From NCBI GenBank assembly GCA_038087875.1, contig CM075988.1, positions 27,840,001-27,904,000 of the forward strand: 64,000 nt of DNA, read 5' to 3'. Below, in pieces: positions 49,050 through 62,119 of this stretch. The notes beneath the pieces were generated by a model. That model worked only from the letters and a program-made list of their open reading frames with translations. It did no database searches and was not told the origin of the DNA. The number at the start of each line of letters is the position of its first letter. Within the stretch, counting starts at the first letter, position 1. The position numbers and the translations under genes were made by a program. The DNA is from Malacoraja senta. Lineage: Eukaryota.

Positions 49050-50683
49050 CAGTGGCTTGCAAAAGTTTTCATACCCCTTGAACTTTTCCACATTTTGTCA
49101 CATTACAAGCACAAACGTAAATGTATTTTATTGGGATTTTATGTGATAGACCAACACAAAGTGGTGCTTAATTGTGAAGTGGAAGGAAAATGATACATGG
49201 TTTTCAAATTTTTTTACAAATAAAAAACTGAAAAGTGTCGCGTGCAAAAGTATTCAGCCCCCCTGAGTCAATACTTTGTAGAACCACCTTTCGCTGCAAT
49301 TACAGCTGCAAGTCTTTTGGGGTATGTCTCTACGAGCTTTGCACATCTAGAGACTGAAATTTTTGCCCATTCATCTTTGCAAAATAGCTCAAGCTCAGTC
49401 AGATTGGATGGAGAGCGTCTGTGAACAGCAATTTTCAAGTCTTGCCAGAGATTCTCAATTGGATTTAGGTCTGGACTTTGACTGGGCCATTCTAACACAT
49501 GAATATGCTTTGATCTAAACCATTCCATTGTAGCTCTGGCTGTATGTTTAGGGTCGTTGTCCTGCTGGAAGGTGAACTTCCGCCCCAGTCTCAAGTCTTT
49601 TGCAGACTCTAACAGGTTTTCTTCCAAGATTGCCCTGTATTTGGCTCCATCCATCTTCCCATCAACTCTGACCAGCTTCCCTGTCCCTGCTGAAGAAAAG
49701 CATCCCCACAGCTTGATGCTGCCACCACCATGTTTCACAGTGGGGATGGTGTGTTCAGGGTGATGTGCAGTGTTAGGTTTCCGTCACACATAGCGTTTTG
49801 CATTTAGGCCAAAAACGTCAATTTTGGTCTCATCTGACCAGAGCACCTTCCTCCACATGTTTGCTGTGTCCCCCACATGGCTTGTGGCAAACTGCAAACG
49901 GGACTTCTTATGGCTTTTTTTCAACAATGGCTTTTTTTCAACAATGGCTTTCTTCTTGCCACTCTTCCATAAAGGCCCGATTTGTGGAGTGCACGACTAA
50001 TAGTTGTCCTGTGGACAGATTCTCCCACCTGAGCTGTATATCTCTGCAGCTCCTGCAGAGTTACCATGGGCCTCTTGGCTGCTTCTCTGATCAATGCTCT
50101 CCTTGCCCGGCCTGTCAGTTTAGGTGGACTGCCATGTCTTGGTAGGTTTGCAGTTGTGCCATACTCTTTCCATTTTCGGATGATGGATTGAACAGTGCTC
50201 CGTGAGATGTTCAAAGCTTGGGATATTTTTTTATAACCTAACCCTGCTTTAAACTTCTCCACAACTTTATCCCTGACCTGTCTGGTGTGTTCCTTGGGCT
50301 TCATGATGCTGTTTGTTCACTAATGTTCTCTAACAAACCTCTGAGGCCTTCACAGAACAGCTGTATTTATACTGAGATTAGATTACACACAAGTGGACTC
50401 TATTTACTAATTAGGTGACTTCTGAAGGCAATTGGTTGCACTGGATTTTATTTAGGGGTATCAGAGTAAAGGGGGCTGAATACTTTTGCACGCGACACTT
50501 TTCAGTTTTTTATTTGTAAAAAAATTTGAAAACCATGTATCATTTTCCTTCCACTTCACAATTATGCGCCACTTTGTGTTGGTCTATCACATAAAATCCC
50601 AATAAAATACATTTACGTTTGTGGTTGTAACGTGACAAAATGTGGAAAAGTTCAATCGGTATGAATACTTTTGCAAGCCACTG
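49050..50683 (-). mobile_element. Full-length Passport/Eagle-like Tc1 (DD34E) transposon
   Basis: TA at 49048-49049 and 50684-50685; about 213-bp IR/DR TIRs (49050-49262, 50471-50683). Confidence 0.95.
49268..50304 (-). pseudogene. Tc1 transposase pseudogene (Passport-like)
   Basis: MKPKEHTRQVRDKVVEKFKAGLGYKKIS..., [14 protein letters not shown] with 34 residues to NPIE, GGSTKY*; 17-bp duplication at 49910-49943 and TGA at 49784-49786. Confidence 0.93.
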
Positions 50684-50729
50684 TACAAGATGGATAACCG
50701 CTAGTCAATACCCTCTGATCTAGGGAAAC

Positions 50730-50872
50730 AAGGGAACTGCAGATGCTGGTTTACAAAGTAGGTCTCTGGAGAACATCAGTTTGAAGAAGGGTCCCAACCC
50801 AAGCATCACCTATCGATGTTCTCCAGAGGTGCTGCCTGACCTGCTGAGTTATTCTACTCCATTGTGTCTTTT
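50730..50872. mobile_element. Degenerate Penelope pLTR palindrome
   Basis: ggaactgcagatgctgg ... gaagaagggtcc ... cctgctgagtta. Confidence 0.65.
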
Positions 50873-51348
50873 TTTCCTCTAATCTCTCATTTGTACTTTT
50901 GCTGTATAGTTTAGCCTGACACTTGGAATTTGTTTTCACTATTTCTGGCTGTAATCAGTTGACAGTAATTTGAAGCAAGCTTACAGTTTGATGTCAGTTT
51001 TTTTCCCTCGAAGTGCATTCCAGTATTTATTCTTAAAATTAATAATAATTACTGAATACTTCTCCCATCATTGGTAACAGTGACAATTTTGATTTAATTC
51101 TGATTTATTTGAATGCAGTTTTGATTGCTCAGGTTGTATATTTTGTGGTCAGTTGATATTATTTACAGGATACTATCAAAGATATTTAGTATTAGAACTT
51201 TTAGAATAGTAACAGGAACCACTCATAACAAAGATTATTGAAGCAGCAGAATGGCTATAAAGCGCCTTTTGATGAATTCTGAAATTTTATAATGAGCAAA
51301 GTGAGTTCAGTAATGTCTGCAGTGATTTGGATGCTTAATGCTTTAAAA

Positions 51349-51540
51349 CAATAGACAATAGACAATGGATACTTTCAAGAGAGAGCTAGATAGGGCTCTT
51401 GAAGATAGCAGAGTCAGGGGATATGGGGAGAAGGCAGGAACGGGGTACTGATTGTGGATGATCAGCCATGATCACATTGAATGGCGGTGCTGGCTTGAAG
51501 GGCCGAATGGCCTACTCCTGCACCTATTATCTATTGTCTT
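51349..51540 (+). mobile_element. CR1 3' end with an inverted copy of its own tail at the 5' junction
   Basis: (caataga)n at start and (ctattgt)-type tail at end; flanks ctttaaaac / ctttaagac. Confidence 0.75.
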
Positions 51541-51986
51541 TAAGACTTGTTAGTTTCCTGTGGATAATATACCATGGGGATGTGGATCTAATCTCTCATT
51601 TGATCTTGATGATCGGGATACTTTAAAATATCAATCACACAATTTTTTTAAACTCATGGAATATTTAAAAAAATTCTAAACAGCTACTGTGCACTTGACA
51701 AAAAATGGAGCCTGCTAATTTGGAACATTGCTCAATATTCAGAATGTATATATTTTTTTCAAAAATGGAACCATGCTTTAAAAGCATCTTCCTGAATTAA
51801 ATATGCTCCGTCTTTTCCTGTATGGCCTTTACTTCTGAAATTCCTCTACTGTACATTGATAGACAAAACAGAAGAAATGGAGAAAGCTGATCTGGAAACA
51901 GTTAAGGTAAGATGATAATTTTACCCAGCGCAATGAGTCATTATGATTAGCATTCTAGATCCTGAAATGATGAGGTCAGCTAACTA

Positions 51987-52252
51987 TTAGAGTTTAGAGA
52001 TGGAAACAGGCCCTTCGGCCCACCTAGTCCACGACGACCATCGATCCTACACACTCCTACACAATAGAGACAATTTATAGAAGCTGATTAACCCACAAAC
52101 CTGCAGGTCTTAGGAATGTGGGAGGACAACCGGAGAAAACTTACGCAGTCACAGGGTGAACATACAAACTCTGACAGCACCCGTAGTCAGATTTGAACCT
52201 GGGTCTCTTACGCTGGAGGCAGCAGCTCTACCGTTGCGCTATTGGGCTGCCC
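51987..52252 (-). mobile_element. V-SINE (HE1-like)
   Basis: ggaaacaggcccttcggcc..cagcacccgtagtcag..cagctctaccg. Confidence 0.85.
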
Positions 52253-52692
52253 TTTTGTCAGAGGGTAGAGAGTGAGGAAAGCATAATTTTCAAAATAGTG
52301 TCAGCTTTGAATGTATTGACAACATTCGGACCTTTAAGTCCCACTCCACGAGAGAGTGGAAAAACAGTTTTGCCTTATTGAAGGTGTTGTCGTTCATTTG
52401 AGACATTAAACTGAGGCTCAATTTACCCTTTGCGGAAAACCCTTTGGTAATATGAAGAATATCAAGGAGATAATCTATTGTTGCACTGATATTTATCCCT
52501 TACTATGGGAGGTTATCATGTCATTCTCTCATTGCTGTTTATTTGAATTTGCTGTGTGGAAATAGACTACATTTGTTTAAGTACAACAGTAATTAAACTT
52601 CAGAAATATCTGTTGGTGACAAAAGGCTATTTGTGCTGCTAAATAACTAAGATTCTTTCTCCCTTTCTATCACAAATATTTTAACTTTCGAC

Positions 52693-52773
52693 TATCAGCC
52701 ATGATCACATTGAATGGCGGTGCTGGCTCGAAGGGCCGAATGGTCTACTCCTGTACTTATTGTCTATTGTCTA
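52693..52773 (+). mobile_element. Very short CR1 3' end
   Basis: atcagccatgatcacattgaatggcggtgctggc, as at 51461; (tattgtc)n tail. Confidence 0.8.
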
Positions 52774-52777
52774 TGTA

Positions 52778-54384
52778 CAGTACCCTCCATAATGTTTGGG
52801 ACAAATACCCATCATTTATTTATTTGCCTCTGTACTCCACAATTTGAGATTTGTAATAGAAAAAAACCCACATGTGGTTAAAGTGCACATTGTCAGATTT
52901 TATTAAAGGGTATTTTTATATATTTTGCTTTCACCATGTAGAAATTACAGCTGTGTTTATACATACCCCCCCCCCCCCACCCCCCATTTCAGGGCACCAT
53001 AACATTTGGGACACATGGCTTCACAGGCGTTTTGTAATTGCTCAGGTGTGTTTAATTGCCTCCTTAATGCAGGCATAAGAGAGCTCTCAGCACCTAGTCT
53101 TTCCTCCAGTCTTTCCATCACCTTTGGAAACTTTTATTGCTGTTCATCAACATGAGGACCAAAGTTGTGCCAATGAAAGTCAAAGAAGCCATTATGAGAC
53201 TGTGAAATAAGAATAAAACTGTTAGAGACATCAGCCAAACCTTAGGCTTACCAAAATCAACTGTTTGGAACATTATTAAGAAGAAAGAGAGTACTGGTGA
53301 TCTTACTAATCGCAAAGGGACTGGCAGGCCAAGGAAGACCTCCACAGCTAATGACAAAAGAATTCTCACTATAATAAAGAAAAACCCACAAACATCTGTC
53401 TCACAGATCAGAAACACTCTTCAGGAGTCAGGTGTGGATTTGTCAATGACCACTGTCCACAGAAGACTTCATGAACAGAAATTGTAAACCACTGGTTAGG
53501 CGCAAAAATAGGATGGCCGGGTTACAGTTTGCCAAGAAGTACTTAAAAGAGCAACTGCAGCTCTGGAAAAAGGTCTTGTGGACAGGTGAGACGAAGATTA
53601 ACTTATATCAGAGTGATGGCAAGAGCAAAGTATGGAGGAGAGAAGGAACTGTGCAAGATCCAAAGCATACCACCTCATCTGTGAAACACAGTGGTGGGGG
53701 TGTTATGGCCTGGGCATGTATGGCTGCTGATGGTATTGGCTCACTTATAGTCATAGATGATACAACTGTTGATGGTAGTGGCATAATGAATTCTGAAGTG
53801 CGTAGACACATCCTATCTGCTCAAGTTCAAACAAATGCCTCAAAACTGAACGGCGGTTCATTCTACAACAAGACAATGATCCCAAACATACTGCTTAAGC
53901 AACAAAGGAGTTTTTCAAAGCTAAAAAATGGTAAATTCTTGAGTGGCCAAGTCAATCACCCGGTCCGAACCCAATTGAGCATGCCTTTTATATGCTGAAG
54001 AGAAAACTGAAGGGGACTAGTCCCCAAAACAAGCATAAGCTAAAGATGGCTGCAATACAGGCCTGGCAGAGCATCACCAAAGACACCCAGCAACTGGTGA
54101 TGCCCATAAATCACAGATTTCAAGCAGTCATTGCATGCAAAGGATATGCAACAAAATACTAAACATGACTACTTTCATTTACATGACATTGCTGTGTCCC
54201 AAACATTATGGTGCCTTGATATTGTGGGACTATGTATAAACACTGCTGCAATTTCCACATGGTGAAACCAAAATGTATAAAAATGTCCTTTATTAAAATC
54301 TGACAATGTGCACTTCAAATTGTGGAGTCCAGAGGCAAATAAATAAATGATGGGTCTTTGTCCCAAACATTATGGAGGGCGCAG
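52778..54384 (+). mobile_element. Near full-length Tc1 family A copy, transposase disrupted
   Basis: Collinear with 16195-17859; TA on both sides; WTGETKINLY, KHSGGGVMAWACM. Confidence 0.93.
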
Positions 54385-54599
54385 TAAAACATGCTATCAC
54401 AATAAATACTTAACTTCAATTTATCTTGGTTATGAGTTACAGAAATTAAGATTTTTAATTATTTTCAAGCCTGATACAATTTCCAGATCATTAACCTACT
54501 GGTTAATTGGTACAGATTTACCTGTAAATTAGAATAGAATGTACAATCTCCAAGAGTATTATAGATTTGGACAACAAATCTTTACTGGTGCAATAGTGA

Positions 54600-55130
54600 G
54601 GGTCTGCTTTGCCAAAGGTGACGTAAATAAAATGTCCGACTTAGTGAAACTATGAGAAGAAAACGGAATAATTCACCTATTAACTGGCTAATCCACCGGA
54701 CAGACGGCATTGCTTGCATTACTGACACCAGAGTCTCAAAACAGACGCACTCTATTCTGAGCTATATTCCTGGAAGAGATTAACAGGCAGAGAGATAGCA
54801 TCAAGGATGTTCTCAAAGCATCTCTTTAAAAATGCAACATCCTCACTGACTCCTATAAATATTTGGCCCATGACTGCACAAAGCCACAAAGGAGCTTTAG
54901 GAGAGCATGGGAGTTCACACACCCTGTGCCAGTGACAAAAGGAGCACCCCACCTACCCACTTACCTACAGCTCCTGCCTTACCTGAGGAAGAGTCTGCAG
55001 GTCTCATATTGGCCTTAACAGTCACCTCACAACCTACAGAACAGAGGAGAAACAACTCGTCTTTGATTCCAAGAGACTGCCTAAGGAAGAGAGCTGAACC
55101 AATATTACCATTTACTGATAATTTCTGATA
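54600..55130 (+). mobile_element. Old RTE-like LINE 3' remnant
   Basis: Degenerate agactcccaaa..ctctattctgag..aaggatgttctcaaagc, ending caagagactgcct. Confidence 0.45.
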
Positions 55131-56179
55131 ATATGATATTACTGATAATATAATCATTCATTCCTTTTTATGGAAACATTCATGCTGCAATACTTATCAC
55201 TTTAAAATGTAATTGGTTTTATAATACTTTGGGGCAGATCTAATATGCAATAAGAATTTATATAAATGCAAGTTCTTTATTTCTTCCAGTGCAGCAGGCA
55301 GCATTTAATTGTAGACTGATGTTGATCTCACTGGAATATTTCCCTGTGCATTGTAAATCAAACAGGTAATGATGGAAGGACTGATTGATAGCACCAGTAA
55401 TAGCTATCCATTACACTGAGGTATGATTCAGAGTTTGAGCTCCACTCACTGCAAAGAAACTTTAACCCTCAGCCAAATGGAATCAGCTGAACAGTGAAAG
55501 TGCAGGGCTCCAGCATTATTGCAGCTTAAGTTGGATCCAGTGGAGGTGCCCATTTGCCATCAGATATATGTTTTTTTCCCCAGCACAACGTATAGTTTAA
55601 GTAAAAAATATAGAGCTATCTATTTCATTCGCACATGTCACTACCTTTCCTGTCGTTCTGAGAATGTGATGTTGAATTTCGTTCTTCAAAAGAGGCAGTT
55701 AATGAGGCATAGTAAGAACAGAAAATTCTACAAAACTCCACCATCATTTCAAAAGAGGAAAGACATTTACAGATGACAGCTCAATATTTTAGGATTAGAG
55801 CTTAGTTTCATTAGCCTAGAACTTGGAATGTAAACCTCTTCATGGAACTGTTACTCGCCAGGCAATTTTAAGATCGGTGGAAGCATCGGATGAGTTCAAC
55901 TTAATGAAGCTTTTTGCAACTTGGCATGAAAATCTTGATATGTGGATAGGAGATATTCTCATAGGCTACTGTATTGAGATCACATAGTCGTTTCTGAAAC
56001 TTTAAGCTTTGCCGCTATTTGTTTCACCCAACCATATGTGCCGATTTAACCAACAGTCCATGATTCTCAGGTTTTCAGTACAGAGTGTTTCTTGCCAGTG
56101 TTTACAGTCGAACAGCTTGGCATTGTTAGTTTATACCTATTTGTTTTTGTGCCCATTGATGCATATTTATGAACCATAA

Positions 56180-56790
56180 TCATAGAGTCATATGGGACAG
56201 AAACAGGCCCTGCCGCCTACTATGGACATGCCAACCTTTAAGTACTTATCTAAACTTATACCATGTACTTACATTTGGTCCATAATACTCTGTGTTGGTG
56301 ATTCAAGAGCTCGTCTATATACTTCATAAGCGTTGCCTCCACCGCCAACTCAGCAGTGCATTCCAAATTTCTCAGATCTCCTATAAATACCTCCTACCCT
56401 AAGCCTATGTTCTCTACTTGTGGAGACACAAGAAACTGTTGATGTTGGAATCTTGAGCAAAATGCTAAGAACTGAAGGAACTCAGCAGGTCAGAAGTACT
56501 GTATCTTTGTGCAAATCTACAGATGATATTTCAGATGGAGACTTTACTTCAGACTGAATGCAGTAGGAGGGGGACAGCTGGAAAAAAGAGGTGGGGGCAG
56601 GACAAAATGTTTAAGGGAACATCCTGTTGAATTTGGTCTACGGCCTTTCCAATTCATTCACGTCCTTCAGTGCTGTGACCAGAATTATAAACTATACTCC
56701 ACCTGTGGCTTAACATGGTTTTTTAATAAAGTTATATCATAATCTTCCTCTTGTATTTGTCCAGGCTCATGAAGGCAGTTATCTATAGTT
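56180..56790 (-). mobile_element. Old CR1 3' fragment interrupted by a degenerate Penelope pLTR (about 56425-56605)
   Basis: catagagtcat..gaaacaggccct; ggaactcagcaggtcag..cttcagactga. Confidence 0.5.
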
Positions 56791-57305
56791 TCTTCAATAC
56801 CTTGAACAACTCTTCATTTAGTTCCTGAAGGATGCTTAAACATATTCATGATGCATTCATCCCAATTCATACTCGGCTCTTTCAGTCAATCTCTTCCTAA
56901 CATAATTAGACAATTATCATATTCACCAACTGTAATTTTCCATTTTGCATATTTTAGAATGTATGAATTTATAAATGAATGTATAAATTGAAAACTGCCA
57001 TACCTTCTGGTAACCAAGAAGATTCTTATTTCATGGCTTCAGGTGATTGTAGTTATTTCATTTCCCTTGGGGAATGGTGAAGGTTCCAAACCAGTAAAAG
57101 CATTGTGTTTGACATTAGTTAGCTCCTGGATTACCTGGTTACTTTTATCAAATCAGTCCTTGAGGGGATCTTGCCAGTGAAAACTCAAGGCAGCATAAAT
57201 ATATCACCAGTGCTTTCTTTGCAAATCCTCCAAATTCACTGAAAGGGAATCACAAAAATGCTCCATATCAACACCCTAACAACTGAGGTCATAAGTACAT
57301 TGTCA

Positions 57306-57388
57306 AAGATAGACACAAAATACTGGAGCAACTCAGCGGGTCAGGCAGAAGGAATGGTGATGTTTCGGGTCGAGACCCTTCTTCAGAC
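57306..57388 (-). mobile_element. Penelope pLTR fragment
   Basis: gtttcgggtcgagacccttcttcagac. Confidence 0.75.
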
Positions 57389-58089
57389 AGCTGTGTTGTG
57401 TCATGCAAATAGCCCTGCATAAAATCCAAAAGGAATGCACTACCTCGCAAGCTACTAACCTGCCAGTGTCATCAAGTACTTTCTGCTTCAGCTACAGAAG
57501 TGTCTGAATGATTGGCCTCATCTGTCTCTTCAAAACCCTCAGTACTTGAGTGGATGCAAGTTAACTTCATTTGCGCCCAAGGGGAAACAGAAGATTACCT
57601 TAGCAATTACTAGGGTTGACTTATTGTCCATATTCTTTTCCCTTTTGTTCTGCTCAAGTTTGCATCTCATGATTGATTTTTTTGCTGTCCTCATTGCAGG
57701 TGTAAATTATGCATGCTCAGTTGTCTCTGTTCAAAGGATGTCATTAAGTGCAGTCTTAGGCATGTAGGATTTGAAAAGCACAAACAAATTGTATAGTGTT
57801 TATTCAGGAATTCTTTAGAAGTTTTTGGAACTTTCTATGAAACTTCTCTAACACAAAGAGTAGTTAGTCATGTGACACAATACTTAAAGCAATGAGACCA
57901 CTAAAATAACCATCATTGTTCATAATTAATATGCTGCAATGTTCACACTTCAGTGCTTGTAATGAGGGATCATTGAAGGTATCTTTCTGGTGGATCCGTA
58001 TACCATCTGCTCTCTGGATAGATAATACCTGGTTATATTTATAGTTATTATTGAGCTGCTACTAATTAAATAGCAGTATCTGATTAGCA

Positions 58090-59190
58090 CCCACTCTGTT
58101 TGGCATCTTCCTATCTGTCCTTCTGTCGTTTGGCTTCTTAACAGACAAGTAAGGAGTGTTTCTTCATACTAGAAGCAACCGGAAGCTCTTTAGTCTAGCA
58201 CGGTTGAAAGCCAAGATGAAGGTAAGATCTGTGTTTATCCTGTACACTGATGATGCTGCGCTCATTGCCAAGGACTTCAGGGGCTGCTGGACAGACTGTC
58301 TCCTGATTGTAATGAATACCAACTAACAATCAGCATTAAGAAGACTGTTGTTATGGGTCAGGACACCCCTCACATCCCTGAAATCACCCTAAATACCACT
58401 ACATGAGATCTATGATGACTGATAGGCTCTCTGAATGAGGAAGTCAAATCATGCACAGGAAAGGCAGCAACCACCCACAGGAGGCTAACCAACGGGCATG
58501 GAAGACCAGGAAACTCGCTATCAAGACCAAGATAACTTTACAATGCATGCATCTTGAGCTCGTTACTGCACAGCAGTGAAGCTTGGATGTCTTACCTGCA
58601 TCAAGAATGGAAACTGAATACATTTCATTTCCGCTGTTGTCTTCGCATCCTGGGAGTTGCTTGGCAGGATAAAATCACCTATGAATCTGTCGTCTTCCTG
58701 ACCAACATGCCTAGCATCCCTGCGATCCTCAAGCGGAAGTGTCTCCGCTGGCTTGGACATGTACACAGGATGGAAAATGGATGCATCCCCAAAGATGTGC
58801 TCTTCAGGGAGGTCGGTAATGCACGGAAGCCGAGGAAGGCCAAAGTTCTGTTACAAGGATAATATGAAAGATTTTTGCATTGGCACTGACAACTGGGAAC
58901 AGGCTGTTGAGGAGCAGAAGGAGGTTGAGAAAGGACCTCCTGATGGGTATGATGCACCAAAACAGCAAATGGCTCAAGACCCTGGAGGCCAGGCACCAAC
59001 GCCACAAAACCAGGCACCAACAGCCACACACTTCTCCATCCAACGGCCACGCACAACTTCACCTGTGGGAGAGTCTGCTTATTAAGGATGGGCCTAGTCA
59101 GCCACAGCAGGACATGTAACCAGAGGAAACATTCTCTTTTCCAAACAGGACAACATCAAAACATCATCTCTTGCAGATGGACTGATGCTA
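58090..59190 (+). mobile_element. RTE-clade LINE RT C-terminal fragment, degenerate
   Basis: SSLLHSSEAW..FHFRCCLRILGVAWQDKIT..LRWLGHVHRMENGCIPKDVLF; gatgatgctgc (ADD-like motif) near 58250. Confidence 0.85.
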
Positions 59191-59549
59191 ACTATCTGAT
59201 CGATTTTCTCAAGGAGTCAGGCTGTGCATAAATTTACCATCACAATTTTCTACAATACAGTAATGAGTTTTATTTCAAAAACAAACTTTATACAAAATGC
59301 TTATAAGAAATAAAAATAAAGTACATGGCTTTACATTCATAATGTTGTCCAGTCTACACATTCATAGTATCATCATCATCAGCTTCCAAAAGCACCTGAT
59401 GTTTGCCTTGACATGCATCCTGACGAAATGTCCAAAGATCAGAGTCCTCTGGTATGCAGATGTCCAGGATGAACCTTGACAAGGATCCTTGCATGCTTTT
59501 CCAGATCTTTTTTGTAAATACACAGTTTACAAAAAGGCGCTGACTTTAA

Positions 59550-59986
59550 CATCGTTTAGCGGGGCGATCCCTTGCCGAGGATCGCCAGTGTTGGAGCTCC
59601 GTCCAGCTCAGCCTGTGGACTTCGTAAGCCGTGGTTTCCGGTAGGAAGCGTCCCGATTCGGAAACTCCAAGCACAGTGTGTGTGTTCCGATCCATTCTGA
59701 CGCCGGAGTTTCGATCATCCCGGCAAGAGGGCCTGTACATCGGCCCGTCCGTAACGGCAACTGCGGAGGGTTCAAAGGCCCCGACCACGGGTGAACAAAG
59801 AGGAAGATGACTGAACTTTATTGCCTTCCATCACAGTGAGAAATGTTGATTCCGCTGAGGTGGATGTTTATGTTAAACTCTATTGCGTATTGTGTTCTTT
59901 TTACTCAAATGGCTGTATGGTAACTCAAATTTCACTGTACCAATTGGGGCATGTGACAATAAATGTGAGCTTGAACTTGAACTTGA
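59550..59986 (+). mobile_element. GC-rich non-autonomous retroelement related to 12415-13070
   Basis: ccttccatcacagtgag..gtggatgtttatgttaa..catgtgacaataaa plus (ttgaac)n. Confidence 0.7.
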
Positions 59987-61560
59987 TTATCTCATCCTCA
60001 TTATAGCTGTTTTTAGGGCAGTGTGAATTGCAAGTGAGATTCTGGATGTGTACGCAGGATCTGGTATGGAGGGCTCCTCCTACTGCCAGCCATACAATGT
60101 CTTGGTGATTGTTGGTGAGTTCTGGTGAAGCAGCATTCTGCCAAATGATCTTGACTATCCCACAAGATCCATTGTGTCCTCTCACAAGGCTTGCAGGATG
60201 CATCGTGCAGTCTGTGGTCTGAGGACTCCTGATGGGTATGATGGGTATGATGCACCAAAACAGCAAATGGCTCAAAAGTGTTTATCTGAAGGAATTTACC
60301 TACAAAGGAAATGTTGTGCATCAAAGTCCAACTGAGTGGAACATTCTGTGCCAAATGTTGTGCATCAAAGTCCAATTGAATGGAACATTGTGTAGCAAAG
60401 AGACCAGATCCATCCTTTGCAGTACCAGGCACAGGCAACCCTCATTGACACTTGTGTGCGCATTTTGCTTCTATTCAGTTTCATGCTGCTACACGCAAGG
60501 GAGGCAACGTCAGTTATGCTTTCTATCGTGTTCTCTGGTTCATCTTGCATCCATGGATGAAAACAAAAAATGGCTTAGGTGACTCCCACAGAGCAGGAGC
60601 TACCACAGTACAACAACATAGAGAGCATCTTGCACCTGATGATCAGCTTTTTGCCTGCAGTTGAGAGGGGGCACTGCTTCCATATTCCCAATTTCTGTTG
60701 GATCCATTCTAGCCAACTTTTGTTGCATTTTATTGATAACATTTTAAACGTTTAATTGGCTGTAATGCACTCTGGTGTCTCATAAGATTGAAAGGCACTA
60801 GATCTCTTTTTGAATGTCAACATGTGGATCCAGCAATGTACCATTTTATTTGCAACTTTCAGATATTTTTCTTTATTTTCGTGGTGTTTCTCAGCTTATT
60901 TTTTCACTTGATAAACATTCCTTTAATTTGTATGTATCTCAGACAGAAAACATGTACATTTGTTTCCACTATTCTTGAGTGTTTGAATTTACTAACATTT
61001 AAACTCATTAATTGTATTTATGACATAACTCATCACTTCTGATTCGTGCCTTTCAGTTTTCTTCTTGTCCTGTTTTCCCCACTATTCACATTTACATGTA
61101 AAAGTGTCAATATTAAATTTTATACTGACATTTTAACACAATAATCTTCTGTTTCTATTCCAAATTTTTAATGAAGGGCTACATTCAATGCAGGAGCCAG
61201 GAAATCTGTATATTTAATCTGCTAAATGTGGCGATTGTTGTAATTTTTGGATTTTCTAGTATAGTGAAATAGCTGGTTTTGTATCTAGAACATCAAATAA
61301 TAACCATACCAATGGAACCCTAATGTGACACTAATTGATGTTGAAGCTAACATGATTTGAAAAAAATGAAATATAGCTATACAATTAAATTATAATTTCA
61401 CCATTTGAATACATTTATAAGTAATTCCATGAATGCAATTAATAAACGGAGAAGATTCCTTAGGGAGGTGGTGGAAACAATTAATAATGATTATTCATTC
61501 ACAAATTATTTATTTCACCGTTACCCTCTTAAGATTAACCTAGCAATAATTTGAAACATT

Positions 61561-61820
61561 TAAACACACCTGAGCAATTACAAACACCTATGAAGCCATG
61601 TGTCCCAAACATTATGGTGCCCTGAAATGAGGGGACTATTTATAAACACAGCTGAAATTTCTACATGGTGAAACCAAAATGTGTAAAAATGGCCTTGAAT
61701 AAAATCTGACAATGTGCACTTTAATCACATGTGATTTTTTCTATTACAAATCTCAAATTGTGGAGTACAGAGGCAAATAAATAAATTATGAGTCTGTTCC
61801 AAACATTATGGAGGGTACTG
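61561..61820 (-). mobile_element. Solo left TIR of Tc1 family A
   Basis: Reverse complement of 16195-16480 and 52778-53055. Confidence 0.9.
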
Positions 61821-61821
61821 G

Positions 61822-62119
61822 ACAGCGTGGAAATAGCCCCTTCGGCCTACCGTGTCCGCGCCGATCAGCGACCCCCAAACATTAACACTATCCTCCACCC
61901 ACTGGGAACAATTTTTACATTTTACCAAGCCAATTAACCTACAAACCTGTACGTCTTTGGAGTGTGGGAGGAAACTGAAGATCTCGGAGAAAACCTACGC
62001 AGGTCACGGGGAGAACGTACAAACTCCGTACAGACAGCACCCATGGTCGGGATCGAACCCGGTCTCCGGCACTGCATGCGCTGCAAGGCAGCAACTCTAC
62101 CGCTGTGCCACCGTGGCCG
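61822..62119 (-). mobile_element. V-SINE (HE1-like), relatively young (CpG-rich)
   Basis: Reverse complement GGCCACGGTGGCACAGCGGTAGAGTTGCTGCC..GGTTCGATCCC..GGAGTTTGTACGTTCTCCCCGTG. Confidence 0.9.

Noticed and set aside
59550..59800. CpG islands as promoters (also 12600-12870, 24760-25080, 45950-46190)
   Set aside because: All lie within young repeats whose CpGs have not yet decayed
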